DNA from: Candidatus Levyibacteriota bacterium | GTDB lineage: Bacteria > Patescibacteriota > Microgenomatia > Levybacterales > UBA12049 | DNA: 64,000 nucleotides | Direction of reading: 5' to 3' | Assembly (NCBI GenBank): GCA_003152105.1 | Contig: PLZJ01000002.1 | Coordinates: forward strand, 108,257-172,256 | Part shown: one piece after another, positions 29,461 to 38,905 of the stretch | How positions within the stretch are numbered: the stretch's first letter is position 1 | How the letters are laid out: each line of letters opens with the position of its first letter | Program-made: the position numbers and the translations under genes | Notes under the pieces: generated by a model | What the model saw: the letters and a program-made list of their open reading frames with translations, nothing else | What the model was told of the DNA's origin: nothing | Database searches by the model: none

Positions 29461-31164
29461 CAAAGTGAGATTTTCTTGATAGAGATACATCATTTGTGCT
29501 GTTATATCAACCTTTTCCTCAGGTTTGAACCGAGCAACAATTCTATCCGTCTCAATCTTTGCTTCCCGAATGGCAATAAATGGTTTTGGCACGGCAAGAC
29601 TGAGTATTTTGTCTTTTAATATAAGGTTTGAGCCAATGGTTGCAAGAATTTCTTTTTTTTCGTGATGTGATCCATGCTTAAACTTGAGACGTGCATAGCA
29701 CGCAAAGTTGAATGTTCTTTGTGATAGTTCTAACCATTCATCTGCTCGTTTGGCTAATGTTTTCTGCTCCTGTTCTAGATTTATCTTTTCTTTTTGGAGT
29801 GGTGTAATCTGCTTCTTAAAGTCTTCATCAGACAATACTGAACCATCAGAGTTCATAGGAGAAATTTTTAGCTTGATAAGGTTATTGATTCGCTCAAGAC
29901 AATCTCGATATTTTGTATTGATACTTTCAGCAATTGCGTCTTGTTCTCTTGCTTCTTGGTCGTGTAGATAGTTAAGGTGGCTAATTGCCCAATCCTTAAA
30001 TGCTTCTGGAATCTCAATTCTGGAAAGCAAGAAGTCAATCTGTTCCTCTAATGCCTCAAGGCGAACATATTTTTGCTTACACTTTATTGTTTTATTTTTC
30101 TTTGTACAGCGATAGAAAATGTAGTGAAGTATTGATGGATTAGCCATGTTCGCAATGGAAGTATTGCATTGGGTACAATTATTAGTGTTTTTTGATGAAA
30201 ACTTATTTTTACACTTCGTACAAATAACTTGCCATAATTCCTCTGCTGTTACTCTTGAGTCACATTCGCCACACCGAACCATTCCAGTAAACGAAAACTC
30301 CCTAGCTTTAGCTCGTTGTTTGCCTTTCCTACCTAAAATAATCTGCACTTTGTCATATTCTGCTTGTTCAATCATTTTGTCATGTTTTCCTTCATACCAA
30401 TTACCGCTACCTATTGGATACTCATACCAACCATAATAAAAGGAGTTCGTGAAGATTCTATACAAACCAGCACGAGACATCTCTGCACCACCTAATTTTT
30501 TTCGTTTTACTGTTGTATATTCCCATTCTTCATTCATAATTTTGAGTATTTGAGGAACAGTATAGTTTCCAGTAAGCAGTAAATCCCATGCTTTACGAAC
30601 TAATGAAAAACGGACAGAGTCAGTGATGATTTTTCTGTTACCTTTTTCTTCTGATTTATCATTCAAGTAGCCTTCTGGAGCAATACCTGGTCTCCAACCT
30701 TTTGTGAGCTTTGTGTTAAGTCCACGTTTTACATTTTTTGATAAGTCTCGTAGGAATTGGTTTGCTTGACCAAACTCAATGTTCAGGAGTAACACATTGT
30801 CTTGAGACTGATAAATCCTATGAGGGGTAACGATTACTTTTAATTTCTCTTTTTGCAAAAACCAGCTTAATGTTCCTGAATCTACAGGATTACGAGAGCA
30901 TCGTGATAAATCCCATACAACCAATCCTTGAATAATGCCATCTTCAACACGTTGCAGTTCTTCATTAAAGATTGGTCTACCTGGTTGTTTCGCTGACATT
31001 GATTCTTCTACAATCCGCTCAACCTTGAGTTTATTATCTTTGACCAGCTTTAATAACACTTCTTTTTGCGACTCAAGAGACGCAACTTGATGGTCAGCAT
31101 CATCGCTACTTCGCCTGATATAAACATCATATTTTAATTGTAATAATTCTGATGGAATATACAT
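29431..31164 (-). CDS. large serine recombinase (integrase); C-terminus reads antisense into the tRNA
   Basis: YIRRSS catalytic motif, ESMSAKQPGRP, SRN, recombinase domain, CGEC/YRC zinc ribbon, coiled coil; likely start MYIPSE at 31164. Confidence 0.92.
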   Translation of the reverse strand: MYIPSELLQLKYDVYIRRSSDDADHQVASLESQKEVLLKLVKDNKLKVERIVEESMSAKQPGRPIFNEELQRVEDGIIQGLVVWDLSRCSRNPVDSGTLSWFLQKEKLKVIVTPHRIYQSQDNVLLLNIEFGQANQFLRDLSKNVKRGLNTKLTKGWRPGIAPEGYLNDKSEEKGNRKIITDSVRFSLVRKAWDLLLTGNYTVPQILKIMNEEWEYTTVKRKKLGGAEMSRAGLYRIFTNSFYYGWYEYPIGSGNWYEGKHDKMIEQAEYDKVQIILGRKGKQRAKAREFSFTGMVRCGECDSRVTAEELWQVICTKCKNKFSSKNTNNCTQCNTSIANMANPSILHYIFYRCTKKNKTIKCKQKYVRLEALEEQIDFLLSRIEIPEAFKDWAISHLNYLHDQEAREQDAIAESINTKYRDCLERINNLIKLKISPMNSDGSVLSDEDFKKQITPLQKEKINLEQEQKTLAKRADEWLELSQRTFNFACYARLKFKHGSHHEKKEILATIGSNLILKDKILSLAVPKPFIAIREAKIETDRIVARFKPEEKVDITAQMMYLYQENLTLRRGWDLNPR

Positions 31165-31168
31165 ATTT

Positions 31169-31999
31169 TTATATTCTACTATTAAATCCACTGTCACGTT
31201 CAGCGTAAAATATAAGCTGATTATACGTTGTTTCAATCCATTTTTCATCTGCCTTTTCAGGTTTTTGTAAAAGCAGTGATTCTTGTTCTGCAAAGCGAAA
31301 CGATTTAGAACGATTGAACAACTCATATGTTTGAATTACGTTTATGATGCAAGTATTTTGCTTTACGATTACTTGATTTATAAACTCATCAATCTCTGTT
31401 AATAATCCTTTACGAGCTACAATTTGCATGCCATCAAATATCTTTAACTCAACCTTTTTTATGAGTGCCTGGTAATTTTGTAATTTCTGGATGAGTTCTC
31501 GTACTTCTGCAAGCGTATCAAAATAAGCAGCTTTTAATGAATCATTACAAAATAGCAGTGTACGATTATTACCTTCTAAATTATCTGATGAAAACGTGAG
31601 TATTTGTAACATTTCTAGAATGCGTGAATTTAAGTCATTTTCATCCTCATCAGTTTCAGATAGCACTAGATTCAGGACTCTTTGCCCTTGTAACAGTAAT
31701 GGACTAATTTTTATAAAGTATTGTAAATGAGACAAACATGCTTCCTGAACCTGCAAGTGCAAATAAGTTGTTTGATAATCAAGAATAATTTGTTGCACGT
31801 TCATATACATACGCCAGTAGAAACTGTATTCACTGATATTAGGCTGAGGAATAGCATCCACAATTGCTTGTATCTCATTCTCATAATCGCCTTCCCCTTC
31901 GTCCTGTTTCATTAAATACCCAATAACAACTTTTGCAGCTTCTTTTGACGTAAGCCCCTGAACAAGAGATGATAATTTTCTGATATTAAAATTTGTCAT
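31169..31999 (-). CDS. hypothetical protein (element core)
   Basis: 276-aa helical ORF, tightly packed between neighbouring element genes. Confidence 0.75.
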   Translation of the reverse strand: MTNFNIRKLSSLVQGLTSKEAAKVVIGYLMKQDEGEGDYENEIQAIVDAIPQPNISEYSFYWRMYMNVQQIILDYQTTYLHLQVQEACLSHLQYFIKISPLLLQGQRVLNLVLSETDEDENDLNSRILEMLQILTFSSDNLEGNNRTLLFCNDSLKAAYFDTLAEVRELIQKLQNYQALIKKVELKIFDGMQIVARKGLLTEIDEFINQVIVKQNTCIINVIQTYELFNRSKSFRFAEQESLLLQKPEKADEKWIETTYNQLIFYAERDSGFNSRI

Positions 32000-32001
32000 A
32001 G

Positions 32002-32382
32002 TTATTTCCTCACTTTCCTTTCTAAAATAACTCTGTCAATTGCTTCAATCTTTTTATCAATTTCAGAAACTTCAAATGCTTTTATGGCAATACCAAGTAA
32101 ATAACCAACCGTATTTGCGAGCTTTGGTGGCAATTTACCAGAGCGTAATTCATTGATTGTTTGTACGACTGCTATTACCACATCAGATGTATTTTTTATT
32201 TCAAATGGCTCAAGGTTAAGGTTTAGGGTTTTATACCCATCAGATGAACCACCTTTAGCAACAGCATTTTGCTTTGTCTCTTTCATTGATTCCTCATGGT
32301 TAATGCAATACTGTGAGCTTTGTACAGCATATGCACCGCACCTATCACCATTTTGTTTTATAAATTCACATTGTTTACTCAT
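32002..32382 (-). CDS. small Cys/His protein resembling HGGxSTG/terminase-small-like phage proteins
   Basis: CEFIKQNGDRCGAYA...YCINH N-terminus, AKGG, helical C-terminus. Confidence 0.55.
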   Translation of the reverse strand: MSKQCEFIKQNGDRCGAYAVQSSQYCINHEESMKETKQNAVAKGGSSDGYKTLNLNLEPFEIKNTSDVVIAVVQTINELRSGKLPPKLANTVGYLLGIAIKAFEVSEIDKKIEAIDRVILERKVRK

Positions 32383-32416
32383 AGTTTTAAGTAAGCTACT
32401 TACTGGGTAGGGGTAG

Positions 32417-33961
32417 CTATAGCCCTTCATTTTCTGCTATTTCTGCATAGTTTTGTTCAGCAGGTGTTAAATCAGATATAAGCTCTGGTTGTGACACCTG
32501 TGACAGTAATGACACTGTTTCACCTACACCATTACTGTTATTAGCAGCTTGTAATTCTTGATGATTATTTGTGGGTATATCTGTTTCACTGTCACTACTG
32601 TCATTACTGACGGTGATACCATATTGTGTTATCAGCTTCTTAACCAATTCAGGATCATAATAAATGCCTCGTTGTCCTGCTGTTCTTTTTTTGATAAATC
32701 CTAAACTTCTTAAAATCTTGCCTACTGTTTCATTTTGTAATGTGAACTTTGCATCTTTACCTTTGTTAAATTCATTAGCGACAAGTTCAATTGGTAGGTA
32801 TGCACCAACAACATCATTTTCAAGTTTAATAACAGTTTCTAAAATTCGTGCTTCTAAAGAATCAGTTGCATCTTCTTTTTTCTGCATCGCTATATTGTTA
32901 AGCATCTTCATGAATGTATCTTTCTTGTTTGGGAAAAACGTAAAAATGATTTGAAATAAAGGACTGGTAATGTCACCAAGCCTTGCTTGTGCTGGCTTTT
33001 CAACAGTCATAATTTCTCTTTTATAATGTGCTGCTCGAAATGCAGTCAGTCTGTTCTTTAGTTCTAGTGCGCTCTCTGGCAGCACAGGATTACTAAAGAG
33101 CTTACTTGATGGCTTCATGTCTATAGATATACTTCTTGACTCTAAAATGTCATCTACAGGGCGATTGGTGGCAATAATGGTTGCTCCAAATAACTGATAG
33201 ACTTTGGTGTCTCTGAAAGCACCTTTTTCAGGCCACAAGGTACGAGACGAAGCTGAACCTTTTTCAAAACGAGCAAGAATTAAATCATCGCAATTTGCTC
33301 GTTCCATTTTTCTAGGAAAGTCTTTTATATCAAATCCAAGCGCTGCTTTATGGTCATTGCCCCATCTGATAATATCTGCTTCCCTGACACATTCAGTAAA
33401 CACACCTCGTCTTGCAACATACATTGCGCCTTTTGTGGTTCTGCTTTTGCCACGTTCTTTTACTGCATAGAGGTATAAGATCGGTGAGAAATGGAGCTTA
33501 TCCAGAAAGTAAGTATGGAAATCCCACATAACTAATAAATGATAAAAATGCTCATTTGGTAAATCAGATATTTCAGTGTGGTAGGTGAATAAATCAGTGT
33601 AAATGTTTTCGTCTTCCTCACAATCAATATCATCATGCCTTTCAATATGTCTCATTACCTCATCAGCGTTAGCAAATAAGTAAGGGCAGGCTTCTCGTGG
33701 TGGTGGAGTAAACATTTTATCCAAATACTCAATCTTATCCACTGTTTCATGATTTTCTGTTAAATATACAAGACGTTTACCAGTATCTAAAACATCAATA
33801 ACGCCTGGTAAGTCAAGCGCATAGTATATCTTTTTACTTTTTTCGTCTTTTTGTTTATCCTTATCCATATGTTTCTTATCGTCAGTAGTTTTGTTTGAGA
33901 CATCAAATCCAAATTCTTCTTTTAATAATTCCTCAACTGGTCTTGCATAGTTATTGTTCAT
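32417..33961 (-). CDS. primase/helicase-associated P-loop replication protein (DUF3631-like)
   Basis: HTY...FSPILYL...RGKSRT Walker A variant, IIATN, LESRSI, C-terminal wHTH-like VGKILRSLGF. Confidence 0.6.
   Translation of the reverse strand: MNNNYARPVEELLKEEFGFDVSNKTTDDKKHMDKDKQKDEKSKKIYYALDLPGVIDVLDTGKRLVYLTENHETVDKIEYLDKMFTPPPREACPYLFANADEVMRHIERHDDIDCEEDENIYTDLFTYHTEISDLPNEHFYHLLVMWDFHTYFLDKLHFSPILYLYAVKERGKSRTTKGAMYVARRGVFTECVREADIIRWGNDHKAALGFDIKDFPRKMERANCDDLILARFEKGSASSRTLWPEKGAFRDTKVYQLFGATIIATNRPVDDILESRSISIDMKPSSKLFSNPVLPESALELKNRLTAFRAAHYKREIMTVEKPAQARLGDITSPLFQIIFTFFPNKKDTFMKMLNNIAMQKKEDATDSLEARILETVIKLENDVVGAYLPIELVANEFNKGKDAKFTLQNETVGKILRSLGFIKKRTAGQRGIYYDPELVKKLITQYGITVSNDSSDSETDIPTNNHQELQAANNSNGVGETVSLLSQVSQPELISDLTPAEQNYAEIAENEGL
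32491..32611. repeat. convergent TGACA repeats, candidate replication origin
   Basis: TGACA at 32492, 32501 and 32510; TGTCA at 32590 and 32599; perfect inverted repeat CAGTAATGACA (32504-32514) / TGTCATTACTG (32599-32609). Confidence 0.5.
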
Positions 33962-34151
33962 ATTGATTAAAAAGTTGTTCTTTTAATTCGTAATATGCTT
34001 TTTCCTTACTCTCATAAATCGTGTAATACAATTTTTGTTTCTTTTTGTCTTGTTCTTGAAAAAAGGCGATATGCCAATCAACCATATCGTTAAATGGTTT
34101 TTCAAGTTTTCCTAAAATTTCCATTACTTCACCTATGCTTAACTGTTTCAT
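33951..34151 (-). CDS. small hypothetical protein
   Basis: 66 aa; overlaps both neighbours. Confidence 0.6.
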   Translation of the reverse strand: MKQLSIGEVMEILGKLEKPFNDMVDWHIAFFQEQDKKKQKLYYTIYESKEKAYYELKEQLFNQYEQ

Positions 34152-34366
34152 ACTCTTTTATGTTTTATACGTTTCTTATTTTGCTTCTTTTGTGGTACTA
34201 ACCAGCTTTTTGGAATCGGCTTATAAATAAGACCGAATAATCGCAAGAGTTTTGTTCCTTGTTCTCGTGCGTCATCATAAGAAATATCATGCCCAAATTC
34301 TTTTTTGTATATCTCCTGATACTCAAGGATTGCTTCTCGTGGTAATAAAGCGTTATCTGTTTTCAT
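34148..34366 (-). CDS. small hypothetical mobile-element protein
   Basis: 72 aa, LPREAILEYQEIYKKEFG..ISYDDA; overlapping operon arrangement. Confidence 0.7.
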   Translation of the reverse strand: MKTDNALLPREAILEYQEIYKKEFGHDISYDDAREQGTKLLRLFGLIYKPIPKSWLVPQKKQNKKRIKHKRV

Positions 34367-34616
34367 ACAGCCTCGCTTTCACCTGACGTAACTGGGTAAA
34401 ATACATTTGAGGCTCAACCTTGAGTTCTCGTTTCCAGTAGGCTTCTACTAGTTGCTCAAGTTCATTACTTCTTTTGAAAAAGAAAACAGATTTTTGTGAG
34501 TTTGGAAGTTTTTCTACTCCTTCAAGTGGAAAATATAATGAGAGAGTGGTAGCAAGAGCTAAATCCTGCGTCTGATATAAAGTTGTAACTGATTTATATT
34601 CGTGTGTCATAGTCAT
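34353..34616 (-). CDS. small DNA-binding-like protein (DUF5659-like)
   Basis: YQTQDLALATTL...FFFKRS...LKVEP motif; first gene of the leftward operon. Confidence 0.62.
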   Translation of the reverse strand: MTMTHEYKSVTTLYQTQDLALATTLSLYFPLEGVEKLPNSQKSVFFFKRSNELEQLVEAYWKRELKVEPQMYFTQLRQVKARLYENR

Positions 34617-34726
34617 TGCCGCTTTTGTGTGGCAATAACTAATGGCGAAAAATCACCGTGACAAAATAACCGATAAAAAAGAGCTTCAAAAAGCCTTTTC
34701 AAGGTTACTTTTATTTTACGGTGACG

Positions 34727-35920
34727 TCACTGACTATCTTTTTCATAGACTTCTTGTGATTGTTCTTTTATGTATTCTTCTATTCCAAGTTTATCATTTT
34801 CGGTATTCAATTCATTCTGTGAAGATTGTCCTGACTCTGGGATAAGATGAATCTTAATTTTATATGCTCTTTCTTTCTTATAATCGTAAAAGGGGTCTTC
34901 TGGTATTTGAAAATAAGCCTTTAGGGCTTCTGCCAACCGCTGCTTCTTCTTTTTGAAACTGTCTACCTCTCTTTTAGGCAATCCCAGTTTAGAGGTCATT
35001 TCCCACGATAACTCACCATCATGAAATGCAAGCAAGCGTAAAAAATCCCATTGCTTGTTTGGCAGTTTATTTTTACTGTTCTTAAATCCCATTTCTTCGT
35101 AATTCGTGTGACGTGTCTGGTCTTTTGCTTTTATAATCGCTTCATGTCCGTCAAGAAATTTGATAGTGATATTTTCCCAAGTAACATTGTCTGGAAACAC
35201 CTTTTTAACTGCCACCCTAGAGGTACTATCTGTTTCAAGTTCCTTATTGGGCGTCTGCACCAATTGTTTTAATTCGTTTAACCTTTCGACAACGTTTTGA
35301 GCAGAAACAGAAGGACTAAAAACGATACGAACATCACTTTTGGATTCGTTAAAATATGGTGTAAATCCGATATTCTTTCCAAGCAACACAAAGACTTTCT
35401 CTACGTCATCAACGCTAACGCCATTAGTAACAAAATCTGCTTTCGGAAATTTTAGCTCCTCTATATTGTTGGTCTGATTAGAAGTTACCCCTACCAGATG
35501 ATACTTTTGGATTAGTATTGTAATCACTTGAGAAATTTTTGATTTTAGGCTTTTGTCAAAATGCTCAAGACTAGAAGCATAATCTTTCATGTTTCTTTTT
35601 AAGACCTCATTCTCAATCGCTGTAAATAATTCATCAAATTGTGGTTGTAGTATTGTTATTGCGTACTCATCCATGCCAATAGCTACGACTTGTCCAAACT
35701 GAGGAATAAGACTCATTCTTATAGTACCTTTACGCTGTAGTTCGGACAGTATTTCTTCCTGCTGCTTAAATGTTGGTATGGCAGGTTCACTATGAAGAAT
35801 ATAAATTGGAAAAGTTACGCTTTTACTTTGTAGGTTCTTTTTAAGAAGTATTCGTTTAATTTCTTGTAGAACCCACCATACATTTTGAGCATGGTTTGAA
35901 TCAACTTGTGTCATATTCAT
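34727..35920 (-). CDS. putative transcriptional regulator with C-terminal HTH-like domain
   Basis: 397 aa; TWENITIKF...YEEMGF...NKQWDFL...KKKQRLAEALK; divergent from the cargo operon. Confidence 0.55.
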   Translation of the reverse strand: MNMTQVDSNHAQNVWWVLQEIKRILLKKNLQSKSVTFPIYILHSEPAIPTFKQQEEILSELQRKGTIRMSLIPQFGQVVAIGMDEYAITILQPQFDELFTAIENEVLKRNMKDYASSLEHFDKSLKSKISQVITILIQKYHLVGVTSNQTNNIEELKFPKADFVTNGVSVDDVEKVFVLLGKNIGFTPYFNESKSDVRIVFSPSVSAQNVVERLNELKQLVQTPNKELETDSTSRVAVKKVFPDNVTWENITIKFLDGHEAIIKAKDQTRHTNYEEMGFKNSKNKLPNKQWDFLRLLAFHDGELSWEMTSKLGLPKREVDSFKKKKQRLAEALKAYFQIPEDPFYDYKKERAYKIKIHLIPESGQSSQNELNTENDKLGIEEYIKEQSQEVYEKDSQ

Positions 35921-36013
35921 TTTACGCTAGTTCCAATCCGAATGTTACCAAAATTATACTCAAAATTGAAGAAGCATAACCATGTCAAAGTCTTCTTTGA
36001 TATAATGCAAACA

Positions 36014-36733
36014 ATGGCAGACCATCCACTAACCACTCTTTTTATGATTTCTTCCCTCGATGGAAAAATTTCTACTGGCGATATTGATAATTTAGATGTT
36101 GATAAGGATTTTCCTCGTATTGCAGGTATCAAAGAAGGCTTGCATCAGTATTACGATTTGGAAAAGACCACAGATAGGGTGTCTTTTAACTCAGGAAAAG
36201 TACAAGCAAAAGTGGGCGTAAATCAAAGAACATGGGATAAAGGACGAGATGATGTCAGTTTTGTTGTTGTAGATAATAAACCCCATTTGGATAAAAACGG
36301 AGCAGAATACTTTGCCAAAAGGTCAGACCATTTCTATCTTATTACTTCCAACAAAAACCATCCTGCATTTGCACTACAAGAACAATATCCAACCATGCAC
36401 ATACTCTTTTATGAGAAAAAAATTGATTTTGTAGATGTATTTCGTAGATTCAAAGAAGAATTTAGCATTGAAAGAATAACTATCCAAACAGGTGGTACAC
36501 TCAATGCTGAATTTTTACGTCTTGGGCTTATTGACAGAGTTTCTATCGTTGTTGCACCTTGTCTTATAGGTGGTAAGGATACGCAATCACTCATTGGTGG
36601 CGAATCATTACATACAGAAGAAGATTTGAAGAAAATAAAAGCATTAGAAATTATTAGGTGTGATGTATTAAAAAATTCCTATCTTCATGTGCAATATAAA
36701 GTAATCAATGATACAAAAGTTGAAAATCAGTAA
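36014..36733 (+). CDS. RibD C-terminal/DHFR-family reductase
   Basis: FMISSLDGKI, IQTGGTLNAEFLRLGLIDRVSIVVAPCLIGG; TATAAT 7 nt before the ATG at 36014. Confidence 0.85.
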   Translation: MADHPLTTLFMISSLDGKISTGDIDNLDVDKDFPRIAGIKEGLHQYYDLEKTTDRVSFNSGKVQAKVGVNQRTWDKGRDDVSFVVVDNKPHLDKNGAEYFAKRSDHFYLITSNKNHPAFALQEQYPTMHILFYEKKIDFVDVFRRFKEEFSIERITIQTGGTLNAEFLRLGLIDRVSIVVAPCLIGGKDTQSLIGGESLHTEEDLKKIKALEIIRCDVLKNSYLHVQYKVINDTKVENQ

Positions 36734-36736
36734 ATT

Positions 36737-37480
36737 ATGAGATTCAAAAATAAGGTAATTATTGTTACGGGAGCTTCAACGGGCATTGGTCGTGCTACTG
36801 CAATAGCGTTTGGCAAAGAAGGAGCAACAGTTATTTTAGGAGCAAGGTCATTGAAAGGACTGATGGAAACCAAAAAGAAGGTAAATGAAGCTGGCGGTAA
36901 AACAGAGGTTATTACCGTTGATTTAACAGATGAAAAACGTCTTCATTCGTTTATCAAAGAAATTAAAGAAAACCATAAGCAGATAGACGCTTTGGTTAAT
37001 ATCGCAGGTATCTGGCATGGAAAAGATGAGGTATATGCAGGAAGAGATTACGAAACATTTGACCAGAAAGTAATTGTTGATACTTATATGGTTGGTACGA
37101 TTTCTCCTTCCCTTCTTGCTCATGCGTTTATTCCTCTTATGCCTAAAGGTTCTGCAATAATGAATCTATCAGGTACATTTGAATCAGGAGCAAAAGGATG
37201 GTTACCATACTACGTTTCCAAACGTGCTATTGAAGATTTAACAGTAGGACTGGCAGAAGAACTGAAAGATAAAGGGATACAAGTGAATGGTATTTCCCCA
37301 TCTGATACAGCAACAGACGCATACAAGCATTATTTTCCTCAATACATCAAGGATGCCATAGAACCAGAAGAAATTGCTAAATTTGTGGTGTACCTTTGTT
37401 CTGATGAAGCAAAGGACATTACAGGTAAAATATATGTACTAAAGAAAGGTAAAGAACCTTTTGAGGCATTTCATTTTTAA
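36737..37480 (+). CDS. short-chain dehydrogenase/reductase
   Basis: TGASTGIG, NIAG, YYVSK (YxxxK). Confidence 0.92.
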   Translation: MRFKNKVIIVTGASTGIGRATAIAFGKEGATVILGARSLKGLMETKKKVNEAGGKTEVITVDLTDEKRLHSFIKEIKENHKQIDALVNIAGIWHGKDEVYAGRDYETFDQKVIVDTYMVGTISPSLLAHAFIPLMPKGSAIMNLSGTFESGAKGWLPYYVSKRAIEDLTVGLAEELKDKGIQVNGISPSDTATDAYKHYFPQYIKDAIEPEEIAKFVVYLCSDEAKDITGKIYVLKKGKEPFEAFHF

Positions 37481-37483
37481 CCT

Positions 37484-37894
37484 ATGGCTACACTTAAACC
37501 TTCCTTTAAAATCTATACTGCTACATCTCATATTTCAAAAGCAGGCAGAGGCGTTTTCGCAGCAGTTGATATAAAAAAAGGTCAAACCATAGAACAATGT
37601 CCAGTGTTTGTACTTCCGAGAAAAGATTACCCTACTCTTAAACAAACAACAATGCGTGATTACTATTTTATGTGGGGAAAAACGACAGTTGGCGTCTGCT
37701 TTGGATTTGGTTCGTTGTATAACCATTCTTACCAAGCAAATGCTACATACAAAAAGTTGATAAAAGAACAAATAATCGAATTTATAGCAATAAAAGATAT
37801 TAAGCAGGATGAAGAAATTACCGTGAACTATAATTATGGCAATCCAGATGACAAAAGTGCTTTATGGATTGAATCAATAAAACCTAACTCATGA
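37484..37894 (+). CDS. SET-domain protein (lysine methyltransferase fold)
   Basis: GRGVFA..DIKKG, YNHSYQANA, DIKQDEEITVNY. Confidence 0.9.
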   Translation: MATLKPSFKIYTATSHISKAGRGVFAAVDIKKGQTIEQCPVFVLPRKDYPTLKQTTMRDYYFMWGKTTVGVCFGFGSLYNHSYQANATYKKLIKEQIIEFIAIKDIKQDEEITVNYNYGNPDDKSALWIESIKPNS

Positions 37895-38457
37895 AAGATT
37901 TTAAGATAGTTTTTATTCATGGATATACAGCTTCGCATCTTGCAGACTGGTATCCGAACATTTCAAAAGAATTAGACGCTCTTGGTATAGATTATGCTAC
38001 TCCAGATTTACCAGGAGGGATTCATTCACATGCTCAAGAGTGGCTTGATGTACTGCATAAAGTAGTTTCTCAAACAGATAAACAATTAGTTCTGGTTGGT
38101 CATAGTCTTGGTACTCGTACTGCACTTCTTTACCTTGAAAAATACCAACCAAAAGTAGAAGAGGTTTTTCTTATTGCTGCATTTGCCAACAGAACAGAAA
38201 ATGCAGATAGACGTGATGGAGAAGCGTATCCTGATTTTTTTAGCCATAAAGTAGATTTGGGAAAGATAATACCACTCGTTGGTAAGTTTATTGTTATGCA
38301 CTCCAAAGATGATAGTTCTATTGATTACGAGCAAGGCGTTGAGATCTCAAAAGATTTAGGAGCAGAGCTTATTTTATACGAAGGCAAAGACCATTTTAGC
38401 GAACCTAACAATGCTCCAGTCATACTTGAAGAATTGAGAAAGGAGTTAAATTTTTGA
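37891..38457 (+). CDS. RBBP9/YdeN-family alpha/beta hydrolase
   Basis: FIHGY, WYP, GHSLG, SKDD, DHF. Confidence 0.88.
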   Translation: MKDFKIVFIHGYTASHLADWYPNISKELDALGIDYATPDLPGGIHSHAQEWLDVLHKVVSQTDKQLVLVGHSLGTRTALLYLEKYQPKVEEVFLIAAFANRTENADRRDGEAYPDFFSHKVDLGKIIPLVGKFIVMHSKDDSSIDYEQGVEISKDLGAELILYEGKDHFSEPNNAPVILEELRKELNF

Positions 38458-38458
38458 T

Positions 38459-38905
38459 ATGAAAAAGGGCATTGATTATATTGGTGTTGGTGTAGGAGCA
38501 GCTATTTTTGACAAAAATGGAAAGCTATTTATTACCAAACGTGGTAAAGAAGCGAAAAATGAAAGAGGTAAATGGGAAATTCCAGGTGGAAGCGTAGAGT
38601 TCGGAGAAACCTTTAAGCAAGCAATAAAGCGTGAGATTAAAGAAGAACTTGGTATAGAGATTGAAATTATAGAGCTACTTGGTATCTGTGACCATATTAT
38701 TCCTGACGAGCACCAGCATTGGGTATCACCTACCTATATTTGCAAAATCAAAAAAGGAACGCCAAAAATACTTGAGCCTCATAAATGTGCAGAAATCGGT
38801 TGGTTTACCATAGAAGAAGCAGAAAAACTTTCACTTTCCATCGTAACCAAGTACGATATATCTCAGTTAAAAAAGAAGTATCCAAAAGAATTACATAGCC
38901 TATGA
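38459..38905 (+). CDS. NUDIX hydrolase
   Basis: PGGSVEFGETFKQAIKREIKEELG Nudix box; EPHKC. Confidence 0.93.
   Translation: MKKGIDYIGVGVGAAIFDKNGKLFITKRGKEAKNERGKWEIPGGSVEFGETFKQAIKREIKEELGIEIEIIELLGICDHIIPDEHQHWVSPTYICKIKKGTPKILEPHKCAEIGWFTIEEAEKLSLSIVTKYDISQLKKKYPKELHSL

Noticed and set aside
31165-31326. N-terminal 54-aa extension of the recombinase in the ORF track
   Set aside because: Overlaps the upstream gene; the catalytic motif lies about 14 aa after the ATG at 31164, as expected for the true start.
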